A DNA stretch of 64,000 nt from a bacterium (lineage in GTDB: Bacteria; Armatimonadota; Fimbriimonadia; Fimbriimonadales; Fimbriimonadaceae): assembly GCA_037189405.1 (NCBI GenBank), contig JBBCJD010000003.1, positions 84,824-148,823 on the forward strand. Direction: 5' to 3'. Position numbers and translations under genes: made by a program. This document shows, piece after piece, positions 8,614 through 17,582 of the stretch (position 1 is the stretch's first letter; every line of letters begins with the position of its first letter). Under the pieces are notes generated by a model. It made no database searches. It was not told where the DNA came from and saw only the letters and a list, made by a program, of their open reading frames with translations.

Positions 8614-9831
8614 TCAGAGCGAGCGCGGATCGCGCAGAGAATGGTTTCGTAGCAAGTCCTCTCGGCCCGAACGCCGAATCGCTTCTCCCTCGTCCAACAC
8701 CCACCGCTCGGCTTCTTCGAGGCTTGTCGGCCCAGGAGCCTCGCTCCACCCCGCCTGCACACAGGCCAACTCTTCCGCCATCCGCTCATCCTCGCGAAGC
8801 GCCCACGCCCGGCTCCATCCTTCCGCCATCCCGTCGATCGCCCGCACCAGCGCGTGCATGAGGTCCACGGCCCGATGCGACGCCCCGGACGGGAGCGTCT
8901 CCAGCGTCACCGGAGTGCCGCTCGGAAAGAGCGCGACCGATGCTTCCATCAACGCCTCGGCCTGACCGATCGAGCGGAGGGTCAGTCCGCCTAGCGCGCC
9001 GCATCGAGAAGTCCGGGCCAAAGCGAACGGATCGGCTCCGCCCCCGGCTTGGACGCCGTAGACGCCCTCGAGCCCTTCCGCACGCAACAGCTCAAGCGTG
9101 CCGAGCAGCCCCCCGAAATGCGCGCCCGACGGCTCACACTCGATCAGCAGCCGACCTTGAAACCCGATTCGCGCGGCCTCTTCCGCCAAAAGGTGGAGGA
9201 AGCGCGCGATCCGTTCGCGCTCGGCCTCGAACCCGAGGCCCGGCCAGAGCCCCGCTTCTCGAACGGTACGCACGAGATACGCCGCGCCGCCCAATCGGTG
9301 CGTCGCGATCAGCGCCGCCCGGCTTTGCGCGAGAGCGTACGCGAACACATGCGGATCGGGCGTGCTAAGCGCGCCGAGGCGATAACGCGGATGCCGGGCC
9401 AAATCGGCCCCGCCCCAGGCGAGTTTCAGCCCCGTGGCCTCTTGCATGGCGGCCGCCTCCTCCACGGCCCGAAACAGCGCGTCGCGCGTCTCCTCAAACC
9501 CCGTCCCGTCCTCGGAAAGATCCCGATCCCAAAAGGCCCATCGCGCGAGGGTCAGCTTCTCGGCGAGTTCGCGAAGAGCCTGGAGCGTCTCCGTCTGCCG
9601 CGCCTCCGAGCTCACCCCTCGTCGCCACGCCCGGGAAAACGCCGGATCGCCCCAAGCGTCCGCGCCCGAGTCGACGAGCACGCGCAGCGAAAGCGCAAAT
9701 CCCAGGCACGCCTCGGCGGTCTGCTCACCGAACGGCTGACCACGCCGGTAGTGGCGAAAAGCCAGATCCGTGCGGGCGTCGAGCCCTTCGTAGGCGACTT
9801 GCGAGCGCACCTCGGGAAAATAAACTGGCAT
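8614..9831 (-). CDS. Xylose isomerase (XylA) homolog with divergent catalytic motifs
   Basis: YFPEV..VAYEG...LAFRHY, WGGADLARHPRYRLGALSTPDPHVFAYALAQ, HRLGGAAY and IGFQGRLLIECEP align to class II XylA. Catalytic motifs are altered (see finding). Confidence 0.65.
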   Translation of the reverse strand: MPVYFPEVRSQVAYEGLDARTDLAFRHYRRGQPFGEQTAEACLGFALSLRVLVDSGADAWGDPAFSRAWRRGVSSEARQTETLQALRELAEKLTLARWAFWDRDLSEDGTGFEETRDALFRAVEEAAAMQEATGLKLAWGGADLARHPRYRLGALSTPDPHVFAYALAQSRAALIATHRLGGAAYLVRTVREAGLWPGLGFEAERERIARFLHLLAEEAARIGFQGRLLIECEPSGAHFGGLLGTLELLRAEGLEGVYGVQAGGGADPFALARTSRCGALGGLTLRSIGQAEALMEASVALFPSGTPVTLETLPSGASHRAVDLMHALVRAIDGMAEGWSRAWALREDERMAEELACVQAGWSEAPGPTSLEEAERWVLDEGEAIRRSGREDLLRNHSLRDPRSL

Positions 9832-9885
9832 GCCCTATCATGCCACGCTTTTCCCGCTCGAAAAAACTGGTTATGCTTATAGCGC

Positions 9886-10356
9886 ATGCCAACCCTCTCC
9901 GCGTTCAAACCGGTCGGCTGGTTTATCACGCTGATGGCCGTCGCCGTACTGGCCACTTGGACCATCCGTCCCAAGACTCCGCGCGATCCCCGTTTGCTGG
10001 GCACTTGGACTAGCGTCGAAAAGACGCTCGACCCGATCCAGCTCACGTTTTATGCGGACGGCTCCGGACAGATCCTCGGCGCGCGCCTGGAGGTCCCGAT
10101 GCCCTTCGAGTGGCGCACGCACGAGCAGCGTCTTTCGCTCTCGGCCGTGGGGCAGAATTGGCCCGATCCCAACGCGACCCTGGCCTACCGCGTCTACGGC
10201 GAAAGCATTGAAGGAGAGTCGCTCACCGTGCTCTACCTCGACGCCTCCGCCTCCAATCTTGGCCTCCCCGAGGGGCTGTATTGGCGTGACAAGGCCCCCA
10301 CCCCGCCCATCCCCTCCCCAGGAGCTTTCCATGACGATCCTTCCCCTGCTCGCTAG
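9886..10356 (+). CDS. Hypothetical membrane-anchored protein
   Basis: ORF with an N-terminal hydrophobic helix (GWFITLMAVAVLATW); no recognisable domain. Confidence 0.45.
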   Translation: MPTLSAFKPVGWFITLMAVAVLATWTIRPKTPRDPRLLGTWTSVEKTLDPIQLTFYADGSGQILGARLEVPMPFEWRTHEQRLSLSAVGQNWPDPNATLAYRVYGESIEGESLTVLYLDASASNLGLPEGLYWRDKAPTPPIPSPGAFHDDPSPAR

Positions 10357-11092
10357 CCTCGCCGCGATGTCCCCCACGTCCTGTCCCCAAGAGGCGCTGC
10401 TCACCGTCGACCTCAACGGCGACGGAAAACCGGAGATCGTCCGGTTCGAATGCGACGACGACGGAGTCTACAAGCTCTCGGTCGGCTCGAAAGAGGTCCG
10501 CGGCGAGCTCCCCGCCTTCGGAGGCTCGTGCAAGATCCAAGCGATCGATCTGGACCGCTCGGATCGGTTCAAAGAGCTCCAGCTTCACACCGACGGTCCC
10601 AGCGACGACCCGGCCGATCATCTCTATCGCTGGGACGGCCAAACGCTGATTCTCATGGCCGAGCTGACCGGTTGGCTCCGGGTGCCGGGCAACGGCATCG
10701 TGTACACGGACGCCCATCGGGGGTTTTGGACCCAGACCGACAAGTACGTCGTCAACGCCAAAACGCACCGACTCGATACGATCCGTCCCGAGATGTACTT
10801 TATGCAGTCCGGTGTGCTGGAAGCGGAGGACGAAGAAGTCCCCGGCCCCGTGCGAGGCACGGTGAGCCGCGGCTTCCCGATCTATTGCGAGCGGAACCGC
10901 ACCCGTCCTCTCGCGACCCTCGCCGAAGGCTCCCGCATCCAGGTCTTGGCGTTCGCGCCCACTACGGGCGTATTCAACAACCTCTACGAGCAGAAAGGGT
11001 GGTATCTCGTCCGCAGCCAAACCGGGTTGCTCGGCTGGGCGCACGCGGACGAACTGATCGAGCGGGTCCACGACCTTCCCTTCGCGGGCTAA
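10331..11092 (+). CDS. Hypothetical exported protein with a DxNGDGxxE (FG-GAP/VCBS-like) motif and a C-terminal SH3b-like segment
   Basis: GGAG 10 nt upstream of ATG 10331; DLNGDGKPEIV; C-terminus GWYLVRSQTGLLGWAHADEL. Confidence 0.55.
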   Translation: MTILPLLASLAAMSPTSCPQEALLTVDLNGDGKPEIVRFECDDDGVYKLSVGSKEVRGELPAFGGSCKIQAIDLDRSDRFKELQLHTDGPSDDPADHLYRWDGQTLILMAELTGWLRVPGNGIVYTDAHRGFWTQTDKYVVNAKTHRLDTIRPEMYFMQSGVLEAEDEEVPGPVRGTVSRGFPIYCERNRTRPLATLAEGSRIQVLAFAPTTGVFNNLYEQKGWYLVRSQTGLLGWAHADELIERVHDLPFAG

Positions 11093-11112
11093 TCCTTGTA
11101 GAAAGATCGAAA

Positions 11113-11144
11113 GCCTCTAAGACAAAGGGCATTGTCTTAGAGGC
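11113..11144 (-). terminator. Hairpin between convergent genes, T-rich on the minus-strand side
   Basis: 13-bp perfect stem GCCTCTAAGACAA/TTGTCTTAGAGGC, followed on the minus strand by TTTCGATCTTTCT. Confidence 0.45.
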
Positions 11145-11165
11145 AAGAAAGCAGAAGGAGCAAAC

Positions 11166-12020
11166 CTAAGGGGCAGTCGGTTTCGCAATCTGCTGATAGT
11201 AGAAGTCGCGCTTCTCCCTAAGAGAATTCCCGCCGCAAGAGTTGTCAGCACACTGTCGCGGAAACTTCAGCAAGTCGCCCAGACCGTTCGCCTTGTACTC
11301 CTCCGCGGACGCAAATGCCACGGGCCGATAATTGACTTTGCGGGCGACCACGTGGCCGTCCATCCAACCGGCAGCCGCGAGTTCCGCGTGCCGACCGTGA
11401 AGCAAGGTAATCGCATAAGTATCGGGCAGCACGAACGTCTTCATCGGAGCCGGACTCCACCACTGCAACAGCGCCGTCTCGGCGATAAACATCGTCTCAC
11501 TAGGGAGTTCGATCGCCGAATATTCGAGGCTATCGGAAGCGAAAGCGGTGTTGACACCGTAGGAAGGCATAAAAAAGCTCGGATCGATATAGCCGATCAT
11601 ATCTTGCGCGGAACCGCAATCTTGAACCGGCCCATTCTTCAGATAGGGATACAGATAGCCCTTCGTCGCATCGAGGGTGTAGTAGGGGGGTGCCCATGAA
11701 TAGGACAGGGTTCCATACCAATAAATGTAATTATAAGTCCCGGTGGGGTTATAACCGTTGGTGTTTGGAACGTACCCGTCGAAATCTTCGATGTACATCA
11801 GATGGGCGAGCGAGATATTTTTAAGGTTCGAGATGCAGTTCGCCTTCTTCGCCGCTTCTTTCGCTTGAGCAAAGACCGGAAAAAGGATCGCCGCGAGAAT
11901 GGCGATGATCGCAATTACCGTGAGAAGTTCGATCAACGTAAATCCACGATATAAGGCTAAATTGTTTTTTAAGAGACCTTGCGATTGACGAGAATCGGTG
12001 TATGATGATGAACGTATCAT
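11166..12020 (-). CDS. Prepilin-type N-terminal cleavage/methylation protein, DUF1559 / H-X9-DG family
   Basis: [30 protein letters not shown] pseudopilin N-terminus; [12 protein letters not shown] fits H-X9-DG; GGAGG RBS. Visibly lower GC than its neighbours. Confidence 0.8.
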   Translation of the reverse strand: MIRSSSYTDSRQSQGLLKNNLALYRGFTLIELLTVIAIIAILAAILFPVFAQAKEAAKKANCISNLKNISLAHLMYIEDFDGYVPNTNGYNPTGTYNYIYWYGTLSYSWAPPYYTLDATKGYLYPYLKNGPVQDCGSAQDMIGYIDPSFFMPSYGVNTAFASDSLEYSAIELPSETMFIAETALLQWWSPAPMKTFVLPDTYAITLLHGRHAELAAAGWMDGHVVARKVNYRPVAFASAEEYKANGLGDLLKFPRQCADNSCGGNSLREKRDFYYQQIAKPTAP

Positions 12021-12778
12021 AGGGAGGATTCCTCCTTCATGGAACCAGGAGAGGACGGGGACCATCCGGGCCTCTCCAATCTCCTCCGGCGCAGCCAGAG
12101 CGAGAAAGACGACGAGAGGTGGGTGACCAGGCATCCCACCGGCAGCCAATAAAACGCGAGGAGCGCCGCGAAGATCAGCGCGGTTCGATCCGGGAGCAGT
12201 AAAAGGCTCATTAAAAAGCACGCCAGCGTCATCAGCACGACGACGTGGTACACGGCGCGCGCGGCCCCGACGGGGATCAGCCGCCCACAGATCCAACCCG
12301 CCACGAGCGGCGCGACCAGAGGAAACCCAAGTGTCACGAAAAACTGCCAGGTGAGTTCGGGATCGAACATCGAGGCGGGCAGAATCGCGCGCAGCTCGCC
12401 GGGCGATTTCCATGCGGCCATGGCCTGACCCGTCGGCAGATAGATCCTCGTATAGAGGAAGCACATGTAAAGCCCCCCCATCAGACCGAACACCGAGTTC
12501 GCGTTCACATGCGCCCGCCCAAGCAGGTTATAGATGGGTGTATTAACCTCATCTTCATACGCTTCGAACGCCATACGCTGCGCGAGCGCATGGGGCTTTC
12601 CGTTTCGCATCACCACCTTCGCTTCGGCTTCGGAATAAGGCAGTCCGCACACGATCTCGTCGCGCAGACGCCCCTCCAGCCACGACCGCTGCTCGCAGAC
12701 CAACGCCTCGCGCTCGTCTTCCGAGACGAGTCCGCGAAGCTCTTTGGAGAGGATCGAGAGATAGGTGTCGACGGTCAT
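12017..12778 (-). CDS. Membrane protein with a DUF1700/HAAS-like N-terminal helical domain (PadR partner type)
   Basis: N-terminus [33 protein letters not shown] followed by several TM helices. Its TGA overlaps the pseudopilin ATG (ATGA at 12017-12020). Confidence 0.55.
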   Translation of the reverse strand: MTVDTYLSILSKELRGLVSEDEREALVCEQRSWLEGRLRDEIVCGLPYSEAEAKVVMRNGKPHALAQRMAFEAYEDEVNTPIYNLLGRAHVNANSVFGLMGGLYMCFLYTRIYLPTGQAMAAWKSPGELRAILPASMFDPELTWQFFVTLGFPLVAPLVAGWICGRLIPVGAARAVYHVVVLMTLACFLMSLLLLPDRTALIFAALLAFYWLPVGCLVTHLSSSFSLWLRRRRLERPGWSPSSPGSMKEESSL

Positions 12779-12896
12779 CGTTTCGCCTCGTTAATCTCGC
12801 GGACCGCGCTCGCCACGGCACAACAGCCAGAGAATCTCGATCGAAGGATCGGACCCTGGCTTGCCCTCTCCCCCGGCGGGGAGGGCTGAAGAAAGT

Positions 12897-13241
12897 TTAG
12901 TCGGCATGATAGGCTCCCTTCAGAAACGCCAACCAAGAACGCTCTTTCGCACTCCCATTCTCCATGACGTTCTGAACGGCGGCGGTGTACTGATTCCACG
13001 CTTCCATCAAGTGCTCGACCTCGGCTCTCCCCTTGTCGGTCAGGCGATACACCCGCCACGCCCGCCCCGTCTCGGGCCTTTCCCACTCGAATTCGATCTG
13101 CCCTTGTTTATGCAACTGGTGCAGGATGGGATAGAGCGTGCCGGGAGGAAAGCTGAGCAGCGAGTTGGTGCGTCGCTCCAGCTCTCGGGCGATGTCGATG
13201 CCCTGGCGAGGCCCCTCGCGCAAGATGACGAGTGTCATCAT
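12897..13241 (-). CDS. PadR family transcriptional regulator (start may lie further upstream, up to 13283)
   Basis: MMTLVILREGPRQGIDIARELERR...GTLYPILHQLHKQGQIEFEWE...RVYRLTDKGRAE winged-helix pattern. Confidence 0.8.
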   Translation of the reverse strand: MMTLVILREGPRQGIDIARELERRTNSLLSFPPGTLYPILHQLHKQGQIEFEWERPETGRAWRVYRLTDKGRAEVEHLMEAWNQYTAAVQNVMENGSAKERSWLAFLKGAYHAD

Positions 13242-13610
13242 CGAAGGGCCGGCGTTGATCAGAAATCCACTTTTCTTTCTCACTGTAATAACTCGATATT
13301 GAGCAATTATACGGCAGGTTTTCCGAAATGCCAACGTCAATTGTCGACGAAAGGTGCTCAAGCGCCTTTTTAGGTTCACACAAGCTGCTTCGCAAAGATA
13401 AAGAAGGCAATCTCGGGAGCACCGAGCGCCCTAGGGAGCGGAGAGTATCCAGACTCAGGTGCAGAGCCTAGCGCGAGGGGAACGGCGGCGAGTGGAGTTA
13501 CGAGCACGATCACGACCTCCGCCCAGCGCGTAAAGGTCCCGCTGATCCAACCCCCACCCCAAGCAGAACGATCCTCGTTCTTTTGAAGCGGAATCCGCCT
13601 GAGAAGAAAA

Positions 13611-13685
13611 TTACGGCGCGGTCGGTTTGACGATCTGTTGATAACAGCGGTCTCGCTGATTCAACACAACCGGAACGGCTGCACT
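13611..13685 (-). pseudogene. 3'-terminal relic of a second DUF1559-family gene
   Basis: Minus-strand translation PVVLNQRDRCYQQIVKPTAP* versus the intact paralog C-terminus [17 protein letters not shown]. The frame closes (TGA) 23 codons upstream of the stop. Confidence 0.5.
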
Positions 13686-13818
13686 CCCCTCAGAATTTCA
13701 AAAGTTTCGAAACGCAAGAAAGCGCGTACGAAGATGAAAAGAAAGGATTTGCCAACTTCGGGAGCTTCCGAAACCGATGGGAGCGGCCTCCAAGGAAGCG
13801 TATCAAAGAAACCCGAAG

Positions 13819-13890
13819 TGGGCCCGCTGGGACTCGAACCCAGGACCCTCGCCTTAAAAGGGCGGTGCTCTACCGCTGAGCTACGGACCC
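13819..13890 (-). tRNA. tRNA-Lys (anticodon UUU)
   Basis: GGGTCCGTAGCTCAGCGGTAGAGCACCGCCCTTTTAAGGCGAGGGTCCTGGGTTCGAGTCCCAGCGGGCCCA folds as a cloverleaf with loop CTTTTAA. No encoded CCA. Confidence 0.9.
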
Positions 13891-13931
13891 GACAGAGATC
13901 CTACCTCACGCCTCGGGGTAAAGTCTCGGTC

Positions 13932-14972
13932 GTGGCCGACGATTCTCTCACCTACCGCGCCGCGGGCGTCGACATCGACGAAGCCCAGCGTGCGCTCCGC
14001 TCGATCTCCGACGACCTGCATAGTACGCACAACGACCAAGTGATCGGCGGGATCGGCGGGTTCGGCTCGCTTTACCGCGCGCACTTCGGCGACATCGCGA
14101 ACCCTGTGCTCGTCAGCAGCATCGACGGCGTGGGGACCAAAACTAAGATCGCCGCGATGATGGGCCAATTCGGCGACCTGGGCAAAGACATCGTCAACCA
14201 CTGCGTCAACGACATCCTCTGCCAGGGCGCGAAACCGCTGTTCTTTCTCGACTATTTCGGCAGCTCCCAGCTGTCGGGTCTGATGTTCGAGGAAGTGCTC
14301 CGCGGGATGTGCGAAGCCTGCCGCGACGTCGAGATGGCCCTGATCGGGGGCGAGACCGCCGAGATGCCGGGCGTGTACCACGACGAGGAGATCGATCTCG
14401 TCGGCTCGATCGTCGGCGTGGTCGATGCCGAAAAGCGGCTTCCGCGCGGCGTACCCCAACCCGGCGACGCGGTCATCGGCATCGCCAGCGACGGACTTCA
14501 CACCAACGGCTACACTCTGGCGCGACGCGCGCTCTTCGAGATCGGCGGCATGTCGGTTCGCGACCGGCTGGACGATCTTCCCTCGACCGTCGGCGAGGAG
14601 CTGCTCCGCCCGCATCGCTGCTATTACAAGGCGCTCTATCCGATTTTGCAAGACACCGACCGGATCTACGCGCTCGCGCACGTCACCGGCGGCGGGTTCT
14701 ACGACAACCTGCCCCGCGTGATCCCGCCCGACGTCCAGATCCTGATCGAACGCCGCTCGTGGACCCCGCTGCCGATCTTCAAGCTGATTCAGCGTATGGG
14801 CAACATCCCCGACCAAGAGATGTTCCGCACCTTCAACATGGGAATCGGCATGATCGTGATCGTCGATTCCGATATCGCCTCGGGGGTCGTGCAACGGCTG
14901 AATCAGGCCGGCGAATCGGCGGCCATTATCGGCGCCGTCCAGCGCGGCGCGCAAGACGTGCAGATCGTTTAG
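13932..14972 (+). CDS. purM: Phosphoribosylformylglycinamidine cyclo-ligase (AIR synthetase)
   Basis: YRAAGVDID, GGFGSLY, SIDGVGTKTKIA, DIVNHCVNDILCQGAKPLFFLDY, GGETAEMPG, FNMGIGM. GTG 13932 chosen to clear the tRNA. Confidence 0.85.
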   Translation: MADDSLTYRAAGVDIDEAQRALRSISDDLHSTHNDQVIGGIGGFGSLYRAHFGDIANPVLVSSIDGVGTKTKIAAMMGQFGDLGKDIVNHCVNDILCQGAKPLFFLDYFGSSQLSGLMFEEVLRGMCEACRDVEMALIGGETAEMPGVYHDEEIDLVGSIVGVVDAEKRLPRGVPQPGDAVIGIASDGLHTNGYTLARRALFEIGGMSVRDRLDDLPSTVGEELLRPHRCYYKALYPILQDTDRIYALAHVTGGGFYDNLPRVIPPDVQILIERRSWTPLPIFKLIQRMGNIPDQEMFRTFNMGIGMIVIVDSDIASGVVQRLNQAGESAAIIGAVQRGAQDVQIV

Positions 14973-15039
14973 CTCCCTCGTTCTCTCGAAGGGAGCGAAA
15001 CGCTCGGGTCCCCCTTTCAGGGCGGACCCACGTGGACAT

Positions 15040-15255
15040 TCCCATTCGATTTCTGTCGCATTGAGCCTCCCTGGCGCCGTCGACGTTTCGAACGAGCCTT
15101 CGGGCCTCATCGGCTCCTTCTCGCTCGTCGGGCGCCCAAGATCGAAAAGCCTCGATTCACATGGCCGGAGCGGAGGTCTATCGCTTTGCCGTCAAAGCGA
15201 TGGGCGACGCCTGCTGCCGTGTTCTGGAACTCGCCCAGATAAGCCCGAATCAGAT
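15040..15255 (+). pseudogene. Internal fragment of a fabH-like (KAS III) gene, frame-shifted and truncated
   Basis: LPGAVDVSNEPSGLIGSFSL in one frame, then SIHMAGAEVYRFAVKAMGDACCRVLELAQISPNQID in another. These match E. coli FabH GAGAAVL..EEPGII and IHLTMAGNEVFKVAV. No HQAN or C-terminal motifs follow. Confidence 0.55.
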
Positions 15256-15868
15256 CGATGTCTCAAAAATGTCTCCCGACAAGACGGGACGGAGCCCTCT
15301 AATCGAGAGGAAACGGAAAGACGCCGCGGAAGAGACGCCACGCCCCGAACCGGTGGAGGGGCGATCGTGAGCAGCGACGGTACGCGTCGACACCCGTGCC
15401 AAGGAGAAAAGCGGCGTCCGGGACCTCGTCTCCGCAAAGAGCGAAGCCCGTTTGGATTACTTTATCGCCATTCGCCCGGCGCTTCGCGTAAGTCGAATCG
15501 CTCGTTCTCCCTTCCCACGAACCCGGAAAACGCCCTTTCGAAATCGCGTGCACCGGGGCTCGGGACGAATCCGTCTCAAGGGGGCCTGCCTTCTGTGTAG
15601 TTTCGTCGATCCGCCAACGAGGAGAAAAGCGGGCCAGTGGATGAGAGCGGCCTTGGAAAAGCACTCGAGCACACAGGCCGCCCTCCCTTCCCCGGTTGTC
15701 GCCGTAGAATGACTCCAAGGTTCCTCGCGGGGCAGAGAGTCTGTGCCGAGGATACAGACCGACTTTCTCTTCCCGGCTTCCCGAGAAACCCCGAAAGAAC
15801 ATCTCTCCCCCCCTTGCCGTCAAAGGCCTTAGAACTCCGCAAAACAGCGGATAAGGAGAGCAACGACA

Positions 15869-16045
15869 ATGTTACGATGGGCGATGATCTTTCTTGTGAT
15901 CGCAATCGTCGCGGCGGTCCTCGGCTTTGGGAGTATCGCCGGAGCGGCGACGGACATCGCGATTTTCCTGTTCTGGGCCTTTCTCATCATCACGGTGCTG
16001 TTCTTCATCCTCGGGATGGTGGGCGGCCGAAAGATGGGCGCGTGA
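15869..16045 (+). CDS. DUF1328 (UPF0391/YtjA-like) small membrane protein, 58 aa; below the ORF-track cutoff
   Basis: [58 protein letters not shown]; AAGGAGAG RBS 8 nt upstream. Confidence 0.75.
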   Translation: MLRWAMIFLVIAIVAAVLGFGSIAGAATDIAIFLFWAFLIITVLFFILGMVGGRKMGA

Positions 16046-16360
16046 CCCGGCTCTCGGCACCGAGGGGCGAAATGCCCTTCCGAACCGCTTTGAGCGGCGG
16101 CGCCGAGCGAAGGCCTCGAGGAATATCCTCGGGGTCTTCGAGTGTGACCCGGAAAGGCCGCCGGGACTTTCTCCAGATCGCTTATGGTCTCTCGGGGACC
16201 AAACTCCGAGGAGCTCAGGAGCCGGGTAAGCGAGATCCCCGCTTGCCGAAATCCCGGGCTCCAGCCAACGCTTCTGGCCTCCTTCCAAGCCTTTACATTC
16301 CGCCAGGAGCTTTTCACGCGGGGTTCGGATAAAAGATTTTCGCGCGAAACTCCTCGCCCT

Positions 16361-16850
16361 CGACTTCGGCGCAACTCCCGAGGCCCAGCGCGATCTGCCC
16401 GGGCTCGGTCTAAACCCGTTTAAAGAGAGGTCTCAAAAGACCCGCCGCTTTCCAACTTCGACGCTACTCTCAGGAGCCCGGAATCCCGCGTCGCTTCTCG
16501 ACTTCGATACAACTCCCGAGGCCCGACGCGATTCGCCCGGGCTAGGTTCTAAACTCGTTTCAAGAGAGGTCTCAAAAAGACCCGCCGCTTTCCAAACTCT
16601 CAGGAGCCCGGAATCCTGCGTCGCTTCTCGACTTCGGCGCAACACCCAAGACCTGCGCGATCCGCTGAGGCTATCTCTAAACCCGTTTCGAAGGGTCTCC
16701 AAGAGGCTCCGTGCCACTTTCCGACTCATGGCGCGACTCCAAGGCTCAGCGCCATCTACTGGACTATGCCTAAGCCGATTTCGAGAAAGGTCTCAAGAGG
16801 CCTGCGTCGCTTTCGGACTTTGGCGGACTCACCCAAAGGGGCAGAGGGCT
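16361..16850. repeat. About 4 diverged tandem units (~95-138 bp)
   Basis: Units start CGACTTCGGCGCAAC... at 16361, 16499, 16629. Core TAAACCCGTTTNAAGAGAGGTCTCAAAAGACCCGCCGCTTTCC recurs near 16413, 16549, 16677, 16770. Confidence 0.65.
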
Positions 16851-16985
16851 TTTGCCTTGGAGATCTGCCCTTCCCCGCTCCTGAAGAGGCGTTGGAGTTT
16901 GGGCCCGGCCAGAAACGAAAACGCTCGCTTTCGTTTCGGCGGAACCCGGTTCCGGGCGCGAAAGAAAAGCGAGCGATGAGAAACT

Positions 16986-17062
<77 letters not shown>

Positions 17063-17074
17063 GTGAGGTCTAAA

Positions 17075-17103
17075 ACTATACCTCGGGGTGGGTCGAATTT
17101 CAA
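17075..17103 (-). promoter_or_regulatory. Candidate sigma-70 promoter for the initiator tRNA
   Basis: Minus strand TTGAAA-17 nt-TATAGT, ending 12 nt upstream of the mature tRNA 5' end. Confidence 0.45.
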
Positions 17104-17123
17104 GGTTCGGTTAAGAAACCGCG

Positions 17124-17582
17124 CTATTTTTGCCGATCCAGCAGTCGAACGGCGAGTTGGAGCAGGCCGCTTCCCTTCCGTTTGGCCGCTTTGACCCCGG
17201 TTTTGACGCCGTTTTTGGCTTGGTCGGCAGCCTTTTCGGCAGGGCCCTTTTTCATCTCGCGCGCAGTTTGCCCGAGCTTCATGATCGCCATCGCGCCCGC
17301 GGCGTACGGCGCCCAGCGGCCGACGTTCTCGGAAACCGCGCCAGCCACGCGCTTCGCGTTATCGGTGACGCCCGCGATGTTGCTCGTGATGCGCGTGACC
17401 TTTTCGCCCGTGTCTTTCACCAATCCGTCGACTTTCTGCGCGATCTGGTCGACCTTCTGAACGAGCGGTCCCATCTTGCGCACGATCATGAAGATCGCGA
17501 TCACCATCGAAAGCAGCAGCACGCTGTGCAGCGCGAAAAACAGTCCGGATAAGATCAGCCACCAGGTCGGTATCTCGTTCAT
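17124..17582 (-). CDS. DUF948-like membrane-anchored coiled-coil protein
   Basis: N-terminal TM (WWLILSGLFFALHSVLLLSMVIAIFMIV), then repetitive KVDQIAQKVDGLVKDTGEKVTRITSNIAGVTDNAKRV. Its ATG overlaps the upstream TGA (ATGA at 17579-17582). Confidence 0.55.
   Translation of the reverse strand: MNEIPTWWLILSGLFFALHSVLLLSMVIAIFMIVRKMGPLVQKVDQIAQKVDGLVKDTGEKVTRITSNIAGVTDNAKRVAGAVSENVGRWAPYAAGAMAIMKLGQTAREMKKGPAEKAADQAKNGVKTGVKAAKRKGSGLLQLAVRLLDRQK

Noticed and set aside
8026-8652. 208-aa plus-strand ORF (Pro/Ser/Leu-rich) spanning the whole pyrimidine-rich spacer.
   Set aside because: - The frame is open only because the strand is purine-poor and stop codons need A/G.
- The translation is low-complexity, with no start context or RBS.
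- The composition is unlike the neighbouring genes.
15161-15370. 69-aa ORF MAGAEVYRFAVKAMGD... as a functional small gene.
   Set aside because: - Only its first ~32 residues match FabH; the rest is unrelated.
- The upstream FabH-like segment is in another frame.
- It is best explained as a pseudogene fragment.
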